From: an uncultured Draconibacterium sp.
Lineage (GTDB): Bacteria > Bacteroidota > Bacteroidia > Bacteroidales > Prolixibacteraceae
Direction: 5' to 3'
Assembly (NCBI GenBank): GCA_963662825.2
Contig: CAXXTY010000001.1
Coordinates: forward strand, 739,884 to 803,883
DNA: 64,000 nucleotides
The notes beneath the pieces are model-generated. The model was given only the letters and a program-made list of their open reading frames with translations, was not told where the DNA came from and did no database searches. Below are positions 49,350 to 58,357 of this stretch, piece by piece (within the stretch, counting starts at the first letter, position 1; the number at the start of each line of letters is the position of its first letter). A program made the translations under genes and the position numbers.

Positions 49350-50810
49350 ATGTTTAAAGCCAAAATAAATCCGACACTGATTCTCCACTTTGTTTCAATT
49401 GTTATTGCATTTGAAAGCCTTTTTATGTTTCTGTCAGTTCTGGTTTCTTCCATTTACCGCGAAACCATTACCTTCCAGTTGTTTTCAACTGCTTTTGCTT
49501 TGTTTATGGTTGGCATTCTTATAAACGTCCTTACAAAACACAAAAGAAAAGTAGAACCAACCCGCGCCGAAAGTTTTTTTATTGTGAGCATCAGCTGGTT
49601 TGTATTGGGATTAGTTGGAACAATTCCTTATTTGGTCACCCGTTCGATTCCGAATTTTACCAATGCATTTTTTGAATCCATTTCAGGATTTACCACAACA
49701 GGGTCCTCCATTCTTGCCGATATTGAAGCGTTGCCAAAAAGCATTTTGTTTTGGAGGGCTGAAACTCACTGGATTGGAGGAATGGGAATTATTGTCCTTG
49801 TGGTTGCCATTATGCCTTTTTTGAACATCAACGGAATCCATCTTTTTTATTCCGAAGCGTCGAGTGTTTCCGACGAAAAAATTACAACTAAAATTCGTTA
49901 CGCTGCCCGGAATTTATGGCTGGTTTATGTGGGTTTAACCATTCTTGAAATTCTGTTTCTGACCATTGGGAAAATGCCTTTTTTCGACAGTGTTTGTCAT
50001 TCATTCGCAACCATTGCCACCGGTGGGTTCTCAACAAAAAACGACAGTATTGCAGGATATTCCCCTTACATTCAATATATAATTACGTTGTTTATGCTGT
50101 TATCGGGGATAAACTTTACATTGCACGTACTTTTGCTGAAAGGAAATTACAAATCGGTAATCAAAAATGAAGAATTGCATTTGTATCTTGGTGTTATTCT
50201 GGTTGTAGCACTTTCAATTACCGGTTTGCTTTATTTCGGAAAAAATTATGGTCTGGAACGTGCATTCCGCGATTCCATTTTTCAGGTAGTTTCCATTATT
50301 ACTGCCACAGGTTTTGCCACAGCCGATTATTTACAGTGGCCTTTGCAGGCAATGTACTTAATTGCCATTTTAATGCTCATCGGAGCGTCCTCGGGTTCAA
50401 CCGGCGGCGGTGTTAAAGTTATCAGGCATGTGATAGCAATGAAAAAAATCAGGCACTCGTTTAAAAATCTGATTAAACCCAACGCCATCAGCGTAATCCG
50501 CTACAACGGAAATACCGTAAATCCCGATTATGTTTCAGGAGTTCTGGCATTTATAATTTTATACTATGCAATACTTGCCGTTGGTACACTTGTTATGATG
50601 ATTTTCGGACAGGATGCTGCTACCTCGTTTGGCGCCACTGCAACTTGTATGGGAGGTATTGGCCCTGGGTTCGGAACGGTTGGCCCGGTTAGCAATTTTC
50701 TTCATCTGCCCGGTATTGCCAAATATTTTCTCACGCTTTTAATGGTGATTGGCCGTCTCGAAATATATTCGGTCCTTATCCTTTTTACGCGTTCGTTCTG
50801 GAGGTACTAA
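49350..50810 (+). CDS. trkH: TrkH-family potassium uptake protein
   Basis: 486 aa. Repeated M1-P-M2 units with selectivity-filter-like GFTTTGSS, ATGGFST, TATGFAT and GGIGPG. Confidence 0.9.
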   Translation: MFKAKINPTLILHFVSIVIAFESLFMFLSVLVSSIYRETITFQLFSTAFALFMVGILINVLTKHKRKVEPTRAESFFIVSISWFVLGLVGTIPYLVTRSIPNFTNAFFESISGFTTTGSSILADIEALPKSILFWRAETHWIGGMGIIVLVVAIMPFLNINGIHLFYSEASSVSDEKITTKIRYAARNLWLVYVGLTILEILFLTIGKMPFFDSVCHSFATIATGGFSTKNDSIAGYSPYIQYIITLFMLLSGINFTLHVLLLKGNYKSVIKNEELHLYLGVILVVALSITGLLYFGKNYGLERAFRDSIFQVVSIITATGFATADYLQWPLQAMYLIAILMLIGASSGSTGGGVKVIRHVIAMKKIRHSFKNLIKPNAISVIRYNGNTVNPDYVSGVLAFIILYYAILAVGTLVMMIFGQDAATSFGATATCMGGIGPGFGTVGPVSNFLHLPGIAKYFLTLLMVIGRLEIYSVLILFTRSFWRY

Positions 50811-51532
50811 TCCTCAAAATTCTGCATCAGAAATTTATTTTTCCGGCCGATGTTTTTTGCCCAGTAAACAAAAGGAGTGTCGGCAGCAGCAACAATCCAT
50901 TTCAGAAAATAGGTTGTAACGAGAATTTCAATGAGTACGCCGAATTCATAAACACCGTAAAACGCAATTCCTACAAATACAACACTGTCGATCAATTGCG
51001 AAACCATGGTGCTCAGATTGTTTCGTAACCACAACTGACTATCTTTTTCAAATCTCTTTTCCCAGAAATGAAAGGCCCACACATCGTGGCGCTGCGACAA
51101 TAAATAAGCAATTAAACTGGCCACGGCAATGCGGGGCATCACCTTAAAAATAGTGCTTGTGGCTTCGTGTGTAACCAAAGCAAAATCGTCGCCGGCCAGC
51201 GGTTTGAAAAACAACGCCAGGTTCATTAAAAGTGTCATCGAAATCAAGCTAAAGAAACCAATCCAAACCGCTTTTTTAGCGTCTTCCTTCCCATAATTTT
51301 CAGAAAGAATATCGGTCACCAGAAATGAAGTTGCGTAAACAATATTTCCAAGTGTTGCAACCAGCCCAAACAATTCAACGGTTTGAATTACCTGAATATT
51401 TGCCACAATTACAGAAATCGGAATCCACATGATTAAACCCCATTTTCCAAAAAGTTTGTAGGCCAGAATGATTAAAAAGAAATTTGCCAGCAGCATGGCC
51501 AGCCAAAGCAATTCATTATGCATTTTTTTCAT
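50807..51532 (-). CDS. yhhQ: Queuosine precursor transporter (YhhQ / VUT family, DUF165)
   Basis: 241-aa polytopic protein. Blocks GNIVYATSFLVTDILSENYG and TPFVYW are typical of YhhQ. Confidence 0.8.
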   Translation of the reverse strand: MKKMHNELLWLAMLLANFFLIILAYKLFGKWGLIMWIPISVIVANIQVIQTVELFGLVATLGNIVYATSFLVTDILSENYGKEDAKKAVWIGFFSLISMTLLMNLALFFKPLAGDDFALVTHEATSTIFKVMPRIAVASLIAYLLSQRHDVWAFHFWEKRFEKDSQLWLRNNLSTMVSQLIDSVVFVGIAFYGVYEFGVLIEILVTTYFLKWIVAAADTPFVYWAKNIGRKNKFLMQNFED

Positions 51533-51562
51533 TTTTGCCGCAGGGTGATGGAACCTGCGGAT
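51527..51562 (-). promoter_or_regulatory. preQ1-I-like riboswitch overlapping the yhhQ start codon
   Basis: Minus strand reads CCGCAGGUUCCAUCACCCUGCGGCAAAAAUGAAAAAAAUG. Compare my recollection of the B. subtilis queC aptamer, AGAGGUUCUAGCUACACCCUCUAUAAAAAACUAA: the same P1, the GGUUC ... ACCC core and an A-rich tail. Loop CAU can pair with the start AUG as P2. Confidence 0.6.
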
Positions 51563-51601
51563 GTTATACTAAAATTTCGGTGCAAAAGTAATCAAAATCA
51601 G

Positions 51602-52678
51602 CTATTTCTGAAACGAAGCCAGAAATTCAAGAACATTTAAACCAACTTCCCCAAACAGCGAAACCCCGGAAGCGCCTTTATTCAAGGCATTTTCAATTCC
51701 CTGTTTTAGTTCCTCGTCCGATTTAAAATCGGGTAAAAACAAACCGGCGTACAACGGAAATCTTCCCGCTAAAAAATGAATTCCTTCCTCCACTGCATCG
51801 CCAATCCAGGTTACATTTTCACGGTAAAAACCATGGTAAATCATTGGGCAAACTCCATTCAAATTCCAGTTGGTCCAGTCTTGCCGAACAATTCTGCGTG
51901 CAATCTCGGGTGTTGGAAAAACCGCTGCTGTTATGTCTTTTTTGTGTTTGTGTGCAATTTCAGCCAGCGAATTAACAATGTTGTTTATTCGGCTGTACCT
52001 GAACTTTCTCCACGATGGACTTTGATCGGGATATTCCAGTTCGAGCGGGTCTTTGCCGTATTCCGTTTTATATTGCTCACGACACGAGTCACAGTAACAA
52101 AAATCGTATTCCGGTAATTCTTGGGTCTGTTCAATCCCATAATTTGTCCAAAGGTTTACAGGCAAAATAACATCGCAGTAACGCACGTAATCGAGATGAA
52201 TTCCGTCGATATAATCTTTTTGAAGAATTTCTTCCACCTGCTCCTGAAGATACTTTTTTACTTCGGGTTTCGAAGGACACAACCAGCGGTAGTAGTTTAC
52301 GTATGGCGGATTTGTTGCGCACGAATTTCCGTTCCGGCTTACGGCATACCATTCAGGGTGATTTTCAAGCAACGATTTTTCTCCGCGGTTCATGGTCCAC
52401 ATCCAGCGGTGAGTTTCCAGCCCAGCTTTTTTTGCCGCCCGAAAATGCTTTTCACTGTCGGCTTCAAAAAACATCCCACGAATTCCGGCAGCATAAAAAC
52501 GGCTGTATTTTTCCTGCAATTTATCGACAGTTTCTTTTTCATCAGGATTTTCCCAAACCCAGTGTTTGTATTTCGCTGATCCTTTTTGAGAATTCACAGA
52601 CATTCCATTCGATGTTCCCAGAGCAAAAATACCAGCTCCCGCCAAAACCGACGATTTTATAAAATCACGTTTCTTCAT
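51602..52678 (-). CDS. Tat-signal secreted protein, putative TIM-barrel glycoside-hydrolase-like enzyme
   Basis: MKKRDFIKSSVLAGAGIFALG is a twin-arginine-like signal. DGIHLDYVRY and an aromatic-rich barrel-like sequence follow. The family assignment is tentative. Confidence 0.45.
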   Translation of the reverse strand: MKKRDFIKSSVLAGAGIFALGTSNGMSVNSQKGSAKYKHWVWENPDEKETVDKLQEKYSRFYAAGIRGMFFEADSEKHFRAAKKAGLETHRWMWTMNRGEKSLLENHPEWYAVSRNGNSCATNPPYVNYYRWLCPSKPEVKKYLQEQVEEILQKDYIDGIHLDYVRYCDVILPVNLWTNYGIEQTQELPEYDFCYCDSCREQYKTEYGKDPLELEYPDQSPSWRKFRYSRINNIVNSLAEIAHKHKKDITAAVFPTPEIARRIVRQDWTNWNLNGVCPMIYHGFYRENVTWIGDAVEEGIHFLAGRFPLYAGLFLPDFKSDEELKQGIENALNKGASGVSLFGEVGLNVLEFLASFQK

Positions 52679-52859
52679 TTTGTTGCTCTTTCTAATTTTT
52701 CAATTCGATATGCAATAAAAACAAAAATATCAAATTGTTTTTCTCAGCGGTTTTTAGCTTTTGAAAAAAATTAAAAAGATAACAATTTGAATGTTCCGTT
52801 TGAATTGGAACTCACAAACTTGATATTTACAAAAAACAGAGTTTTAGTCCAAGTCCCTG

Positions 52860-53354
52860 TTAATTCATGTCTACATTTCGCGAAATATAATTGGAGTAGT
52901 CTTTCAGAATGGGTTGATAATCTTCGTGAAACAGGGTTGAAGAAACGATAAAATCGGCGGTTGAGCGGTTCGAAGCAGTTGGGATATTATAAAGAACTGT
53001 AATCCGGAGCAGTGCTTTTACGTCAACATCGTGCGGCTGCGGCTGCATCGGGTCCCAGAAAAATATCAGAATATCAACTTCACCTTCAACGATAAGCGCG
53101 CCAAGTTGCTGATCGCCACCGAGCGGCCCCGATTTTAAACGCGTTACAGTGGGAGGCACCACATTTTCTTCCATACATTTTTCGGTGAGGGTTTCTTCAA
53201 TCAGTTTGCCGGTAGTTCCGGTACAAATCAGGTTGTGCGGCACAAGCTCTTTCCAGTTGAAAGATGCCCATTCAATAATGTCTTTTTTGCGGTTGTCGTG
53301 TGCGACAATTGCAATGTTCTTTTTCTTTTTCATTTTCATGACTTTTAGTTTCAT
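52860..53354 (-). CDS. mgsA: Methylglyoxal synthase
   Basis: NIAIVAHDNRKKD...LICTGTTG...GPLGGDQQ... signature. The true start may be one of the internal Met codons at the Lys-rich N-terminus. Confidence 0.85.
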   Translation of the reverse strand: MKLKVMKMKKKKNIAIVAHDNRKKDIIEWASFNWKELVPHNLICTGTTGKLIEETLTEKCMEENVVPPTVTRLKSGPLGGDQQLGALIVEGEVDILIFFWDPMQPQPHDVDVKALLRITVLYNIPTASNRSTADFIVSSTLFHEDYQPILKDYSNYISRNVDMN

Positions 53355-53506
53355 TCTTATAATTAACTGAAAATGAAACTATTGTTTTCGCTACAAAAAT
53401 ACACATAAAGAAAAGAGGTCGCCAAATTTGACGACCCCGGAATATGATTTCTTGATTATTAATTAACCTCAAAATTCATAACAAGCTGAATTTCAATAAG
53501 AAAAAA

Positions 53507-54889
53507 TTAAATCATCTTTTTAATATCTTCAATAATCGTTTCAGCCAGTTTTTGTGCTTTTTCCATCGATTTTGCTTCCGAGTAAATCCGGATAATCGGC
53601 TCGGTATTCGATTTTCGCAAATGCACCCATGAATCAGCAAAATCTATTTTCACCCCGTCGATATCGTTTACATTTTCATGGGCATATTTTTCTTTCATTT
53701 GGAAAAGAATTTCATCAACATCGATTTCGGGAGTAAGCTCAATTTTATTTTTTGAAATAAAATAATCGGGATACGTTTTCCGAAGTTCAGAACATTTCAA
53801 TCCGCTTTTTGCCAGGTGCGATAAAAACAAAGCGGCGCCAACCAGTGCATCGCGCCCGCTGTGGCTCGTCGGGTAAATTATGCCGCCATTTCCTTCGCCC
53901 CCGATTATCGCATTGGTTTCGCGGATTTTGGCAACTACATTTACCTCGCCCACGGCCGCAGCCGAATATTTTTGTCCGTATTTTTCGGTAACATCGCGCA
54001 GTGCCCGGCTCGACGAAAGATTGGAAACTGTGTTTCCGGGAGTTTTTCCCAGCACATAATCGGCAACCGCAACCAGCGTGTATTCTTCGTTAAACATGGT
54101 TCCGTCTTCGTTGATAATCGCCAACCGGTCAACATCGGGATCAACTACAAAACCAACATCCACATTATTCTTTTTGATGATTTCGGAAGTTTCAACCAGA
54201 TTTTCAGGAAGCGGTTCGGGAGTGTGTGCAAAATATCCGGTGGGGTCGCAGTTAATTTCCAAAACATTTTTAACACCCAGCGCTTTAAAAAGAGCGGGCA
54301 TTGCAATTCCGCCCACAGAATTTACTGCATCAACAGCCACCGAAAAGCCAGCATTTTTAATACCATCCACATCTACCAAATCCAAATCCAAAACTTTTTG
54401 AACATGAATGGCAGTGTAATCTTTTTCTATGGTTGAACCCAGTTCATCCACTTCTGCAAACTCAAAATCTTCCGATTCAGCAATTTCAAGAATGGTAGCC
54501 CCTTCTTCAGCATTTAAAAATTCGCCTTTCGAATTCAGCAGTTTCAAAGCGTTCCACTGTTTTGGATTGTGACTTGCCGTTAAAATAATGCCTCCATCGG
54601 CATTTTCTTCGGTAACTGCAATTTCGGTAGTTGGTGTAGTTGCCAACCCGATATTTATCACGTCGCAACCCATTCCGTTCAAAGTTGAAATTACAATTGA
54701 ACTCACCATTGAACCGGAAATGCGTGCGTCTCTTCCCACAACTATTTTTACCTTTTCTTTTTGCGATTCAAATTTTGCCCAAACGGCGTAGGCCGAAGTA
54801 AATTTAACAACATCGAGCGGTGTAAGGCTTTCGCCTGGAGTTCCGCCAATGGTTCCGCGGATTCCTGAAATTGATTTTATTAATGTCAT
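53507..54889 (-). CDS. glmM: Phosphoglucosamine mutase
   Basis: 460 aa. Phosphoserine loop TASHNP, metal loop DPDVDR and GEGNGG sugar-binding motif. Confidence 0.9.
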   Translation of the reverse strand: MTLIKSISGIRGTIGGTPGESLTPLDVVKFTSAYAVWAKFESQKEKVKIVVGRDARISGSMVSSIVISTLNGMGCDVINIGLATTPTTEIAVTEENADGGIILTASHNPKQWNALKLLNSKGEFLNAEEGATILEIAESEDFEFAEVDELGSTIEKDYTAIHVQKVLDLDLVDVDGIKNAGFSVAVDAVNSVGGIAMPALFKALGVKNVLEINCDPTGYFAHTPEPLPENLVETSEIIKKNNVDVGFVVDPDVDRLAIINEDGTMFNEEYTLVAVADYVLGKTPGNTVSNLSSSRALRDVTEKYGQKYSAAAVGEVNVVAKIRETNAIIGGEGNGGIIYPTSHSGRDALVGAALFLSHLAKSGLKCSELRKTYPDYFISKNKIELTPEIDVDEILFQMKEKYAHENVNDIDGVKIDFADSWVHLRKSNTEPIIRIYSEAKSMEKAQKLAETIIEDIKKMI

Positions 54890-54957
54890 TTTTGTGTGTG
54901 AATTAAGAGGCAGTAAAATTAATAAGGTGTTTTAAAAAACAGCAAAAAAAAGGTAAA

Positions 54958-55638
54958 CTATTCGTTAATTTCTTCCAGTTCTTTTAAAGTAAGTTTTAGT
55001 TTAGTGATGTAATTTCCGTACAAACGCCGGAATCCCCAGCGGAAAAGCAGAAATATTCCAAAGGTGAAAATCAACAGCGAAAACAGAGTGATTAGCACTG
55101 TTGTTGCCAAATGGCCAATTTCAATCTCGCTGACCGGAATTCCCAGACTGTGCGCGTTTAAAAGTACACCTTCATAAATTCCTGCAATAAAATTTATTGA
55201 AATGGAAATCAGGATTATAAAAATGGAAATGTAGTACAAAGTGCGGTACAAATCGAGGGTGGAGATTATTTTAATGAGGGTATTTTTCAGGTCGCAACTT
55301 TCGTCGCATGATTTTTTTACTTTTTTGTAACGGAACACAAAGAAAAGAAAAGTAACAACAATGATTAAATCCCCAAATACAGAAAAAATCTGTAGCCAAA
55401 GCGGCAATTCCACGTCCACATCGAGGTTTTTTACAAGTTGTGGAGAAACCACAAAATCGTTCAATATAAAAAGCAGAATCAGCGCAAATAAAACAAAGAA
55501 TCCGATTTTGATGTTCCGTTCAATTCTTTCTATCAGATTTTTTGTCCGTTTGCCAAGCATCTTTTGAATCTGGTCTTCATCCAGTTCTTTGTTCGAAGCC
55601 AGTTTATCCCATGTTTTTTTCAGATCGTCTAAATCCAT
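54958..55638 (-). CDS. Hypothetical multi-pass membrane protein downstream of an ECF sigma factor (candidate anti-sigma)
   Basis: 226 aa. Soluble N-terminus of about 40 aa (DLDDLKKTWDKL), then TM helices. The architecture matches 26692-27426. Confidence 0.5.
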   Translation of the reverse strand: MDLDDLKKTWDKLASNKELDEDQIQKMLGKRTKNLIERIERNIKIGFFVLFALILLFILNDFVVSPQLVKNLDVDVELPLWLQIFSVFGDLIIVVTFLFFVFRYKKVKKSCDESCDLKNTLIKIISTLDLYRTLYYISIFIILISISINFIAGIYEGVLLNAHSLGIPVSEIEIGHLATTVLITLFSLLIFTFGIFLLFRWGFRRLYGNYITKLKLTLKELEEINE

Positions 55639-55639
55639 T

Positions 55640-56128
55640 TCACTCTTCAGTTTCCATAAGTTTTTTCAACTTCTTTTTTATCCGGTTCATTTTTACCCGG
55701 ACGTAATTTTGCGTAATCCCCGTTATTTCAGCTATTTCCTCGTAACCTTTGTTTTCAAGAAAAAGCAGAACAATCGATTTTTCCACTCCTGTGAGTTGAC
55801 TCACGGCACGGTGCAAAAGTTTAATATTTTCTTCGGTTTCAGTGTCGTATTTTTCTTCCTCAATCTGGAAATTTGCGTACGACAGTTGGTTTTGGTCAGG
55901 CCGGCGTTTATTCTTTTTGAATGAAGTGATGGCCGTATTTAAAGCCACACGATACATCCATGTCGAAAATTTCGAGTCGTTCCGGAAAGAGGGAAATGAT
56001 TTCCAGAGCTGGGCAACAATCTCCTGAAAAAGATCATTCCGATCTTCTTCAAAGTCGCAGTAAATATTGCACACTTTGTGAATAATACCCTGGTTCTTCT
56101 GAATTATCTGTAAAAATTCCTTTTCCAA
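55640..56128 (-). CDS. RNA polymerase ECF-type sigma-70 factor (paralogue of 27408-27932)
   Basis: 162 aa. DRNDLFQEIVAQLWKSFPSF and STWMYRVALNTAI are nearly identical blocks to the other sigma factor. Confidence 0.85.
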   Translation of the reverse strand: MEKEFLQIIQKNQGIIHKVCNIYCDFEEDRNDLFQEIVAQLWKSFPSFRNDSKFSTWMYRVALNTAITSFKKNKRRPDQNQLSYANFQIEEEKYDTETEENIKLLHRAVSQLTGVEKSIVLLFLENKGYEEIAEITGITQNYVRVKMNRIKKKLKKLMETEE

Positions 56129-56217
56129 AACTGCACAATTAGTAAAGGAGAATTTGATTTTATTACAATTTTCTAAAGCCTATTTTAATATTTTCCTCCA
56201 ACATATTTTAGTAGGTC

Positions 56218-56238
56218 ATGCTGAACTTGTTTCAGCAT
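56218..56238. repeat. Isolated perfect hairpin ATGCTGAA-CTTGT-TTCAGCAT
   Basis: 8-bp stem between rluB-like and the sigma gene, with no adjacent T tract. It resembles a REP-like hairpin I have seen in Bacteroidota intergenic DNA, from memory and unverified. Confidence 0.35.
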
Positions 56239-56290
56239 CTTTCAAAAGAAGATTCTAAACAAATTTGAAAAAACACAAATTGAATTATTA

Positions 56291-57370
56291 TTAGTTCATT
56301 TTCAAAAACTGAATTTCCTTGTCGGTGAGGAACCTGAATTTTCCGCGAGGCAGATTCTTTTTTGTTAAGCCGGCAAAATAAACCCGGTCGAGTTTTTTTA
56401 CGCGGTACCCGAGATGTTCAAAAATACGGCGGACGACGCGGTTTTTGCCTGAATGAATTTCAATGCCAATTTCAGTATGATCGTCGGCGCTGATATAACT
56501 AATGGCATCGGCAGCCACCAAACCGTCTTCCAGTTCAATTCCGTCGGCAATCTCCAACATGTGCTCTTTTGTTAGCGATTTACTCAGCGAAACCTGGTAA
56601 ATTTTTTTCATTTTATGGCTTGGGTGAGTCAGTTTTTTCGATAAATCGCCGTCGTTGGTAAAAAGCAAAACGCCGGTAGTATTTCTGTCGAGCCGACCCA
56701 CCGGGTAAATTCGCTCGTCGCAGGCATTTTTCACCAAATCCATCACTGTTTTTTCGGCGTGCGGATCGTCTGTGGTTGTCACAAAATCTTTGGGTTTATT
56801 CAGCAAAAGGTACACTTTCTTTTCTGCATTCAGCTTACGGCCGTCGAAACGAACATCGTCGCCGGGTTTTACTTTGGTTCCCAGTTCGGTAACTATTTTG
56901 CCGTTTACGGTAACCACACCCGAAGTTATGTAAGTATCGGCTTCGCGGCGCGAACAAACACCAGCGTTGGCAATAAACCGGTTCAACCGTATGTCTTCTG
57001 AATAACCCGGCTTTTCAGCAACGGTTTTTTTAGGCCGCGGTCTGAATTTGGTAAATGTTTTTTCCGCTCCCTGTTCCGAATATCTTTTCTGACTTCCGGC
57101 TTCCCTTTTTTCTGAAAATTTCCCCGTGCTTTTCCTTTCAGTAGTTTTTCCAAATCTTTCGGTGGTTTTTCCTTCCCTTCTCTCCTGAAACTTTCCGCCG
57201 CTCCTGCTTTCGGGTTTACCTGAACTTCTTTTTGATGAATTTGCTGAGACTTTATTTTCGAGGCTTTTTCCTATTCTTTTTCCGCTTCCTGCTCTTTTTT
57301 GATCGTCTTTTCTGTAATTATTTCTCATTCTATTTGTCTGATTTCTGCAAAGGTCGGAAAAAATCCGCAT
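56291..57370 (-). CDS. RluB/RsuA-family rRNA pseudouridine synthase with a long basic N-terminal extension
   Basis: S4 domain (IRLNRFIANAGVCSRREAD) and catalytic block (VGRLDRNTTGVLL), preceded by about 125 aa of Arg/Lys/Ser/Gly-rich sequence with GKTTER / GKF.E[KR]RE repeats. An alternative start lies at 57328. Confidence 0.85.
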   Translation of the reverse strand: MRIFSDLCRNQTNRMRNNYRKDDQKRAGSGKRIGKSLENKVSANSSKRSSGKPESRSGGKFQERREGKTTERFGKTTERKSTGKFSEKREAGSQKRYSEQGAEKTFTKFRPRPKKTVAEKPGYSEDIRLNRFIANAGVCSRREADTYITSGVVTVNGKIVTELGTKVKPGDDVRFDGRKLNAEKKVYLLLNKPKDFVTTTDDPHAEKTVMDLVKNACDERIYPVGRLDRNTTGVLLFTNDGDLSKKLTHPSHKMKKIYQVSLSKSLTKEHMLEIADGIELEDGLVAADAISYISADDHTEIGIEIHSGKNRVVRRIFEHLGYRVKKLDRVYFAGLTKKNLPRGKFRFLTDKEIQFLKMN

Positions 57371-57441
57371 TATTTTTTTTTGGAAGATAAAATATCAAAA
57401 TGATTATCTTTAATCGAAATTAAAATTTTAAGAAAACAGTT

Positions 57442-58212
57442 ATGCAATCACACGAAATTGACTACAAAATTATTGGCAACGATGTACAATTGGTTGAAAT
57501 AGAACTCGACCCGGGTGAAACAGTAATTGCCGAAGCAGGCGCCATGCTTTATATGGAAGACGGCATTCAGTTTACTGCGCGCATGGGAGACGGTTCGAAC
57601 CCGAATGCAGGCTTTTTTGACAAACTTGTATCGGCCGGTTCACGCCTGATTACAGGGGAATCGTTATTTTTAACCCATTTTACCAACCAGGGATGGGGCA
57701 AAAAACATGTGGCTTTTTCAGCGCCTTACCCGGGAACAATTGTTCCGATGGATTTGGCTCAAATGGGTGGCCGCATTATTGTTCAGCGCGATGCCTTTTT
57801 GTGTGCTGCCATGGGAACAAAAATATCGGTTACTTTTAACCGCCGACTGGGGGCAGGATTTTTTGGTGGCGAAGGTTTTATTCTCCAACAATTACAGGGC
57901 GACGGAAAAGCATTTATTCACGCCGGAGGTACAGTAATCGAGCGGCAGCTCAACAACGAAGTCCTTCGCATTGACACCGGTTGTATTGTTGGTTTTGAAC
58001 CTTCAATTGATTACAGTATTGAACAGGCCGGCGGTTTGCGGTCAATGGTTTTTGGAGGCGAAGGAATTTTCCTTGCCACACTTCGCGGTACAGGAAAAGT
58101 TTGGCTGCAAAGTATGCCAATTCGTAAATTAATTGCACAACTTTCGACCTGGGGACCAAACGCAAGAAAAGAAGCCCGCGGCGGATTATTAAATAGTATT
58201 TTAGAAGGATGA
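57442..58212 (+). CDS. AIM24 / TIGR00266-family protein (DUF124)
   Basis: 256 aa. The [38 protein letters not shown] pattern is typical of the family. Confidence 0.75.
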   Translation: MQSHEIDYKIIGNDVQLVEIELDPGETVIAEAGAMLYMEDGIQFTARMGDGSNPNAGFFDKLVSAGSRLITGESLFLTHFTNQGWGKKHVAFSAPYPGTIVPMDLAQMGGRIIVQRDAFLCAAMGTKISVTFNRRLGAGFFGGEGFILQQLQGDGKAFIHAGGTVIERQLNNEVLRIDTGCIVGFEPSIDYSIEQAGGLRSMVFGGEGIFLATLRGTGKVWLQSMPIRKLIAQLSTWGPNARKEARGGLLNSILEG

Positions 58213-58214
58213 TG

Positions 58215-58289
58215 AAGTTGACAGTGTTCAGTCGCAGTTTTCAGTTATAACCAAGATCCTTGCCCACTGCGACTGCCCACTGCCAACTT
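58215..58289. repeat. 24-nt-arm imperfect inverted repeat built from CACTGCGACTG-type units, starting 3 nt after the AIM24 stop codon; probable terminator
   Basis: AAGTTGACAGTGTTCAGTCGCAGT ... ACTGCGACTGCCCACTGCCAACTT (21 of 24 positions complementary), followed by a T-rich run. Confidence 0.6.
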
Positions 58290-58302
58290 TCTTCTTTTTT
58301 TG

Positions 58303-58334
58303 ATCACTGCGACTGATCACTGCAGACTTTCTTT
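58303..58334. repeat. Second direct copy of the CACTGCGACTG..CACTGC..ACTTTCTT unit
   Basis: ATCACTGCGACTGATCACTGCAGACTTTCTTT versus CCCACTGCGACTGCCCACTGCCAACTTTCTTC at 58263-58294 (25 of 32 identical). Confidence 0.6.
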
Positions 58335-58357
58335 CCTTTATGAATACTGTGGATTTC

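Noticed and set aside
51538-51560. The CCGCAGG/CCTGCGG hairpin as the terminator of the upstream minus-strand gene (51602-52678)
   Set aside because: On the minus strand the hairpin is followed by an A run, not a T run. Its loop and tail fit the preQ1-I aptamer better, though a dual role is not excluded.
53861-54436. Long antisense or alternate-frame ORFs inside well-supported genes: this one in glmM, plus 4996-5511 in the fabH-like gene, 19645-20217 in sppA, 12884-13510 in cls and 52121-52579
   Set aside because: All lie within genes with clear family motifs in the other frame or strand. Their translations are biased, Arg/Phe/Cys-rich low-complexity sequence with no recognisable motifs.
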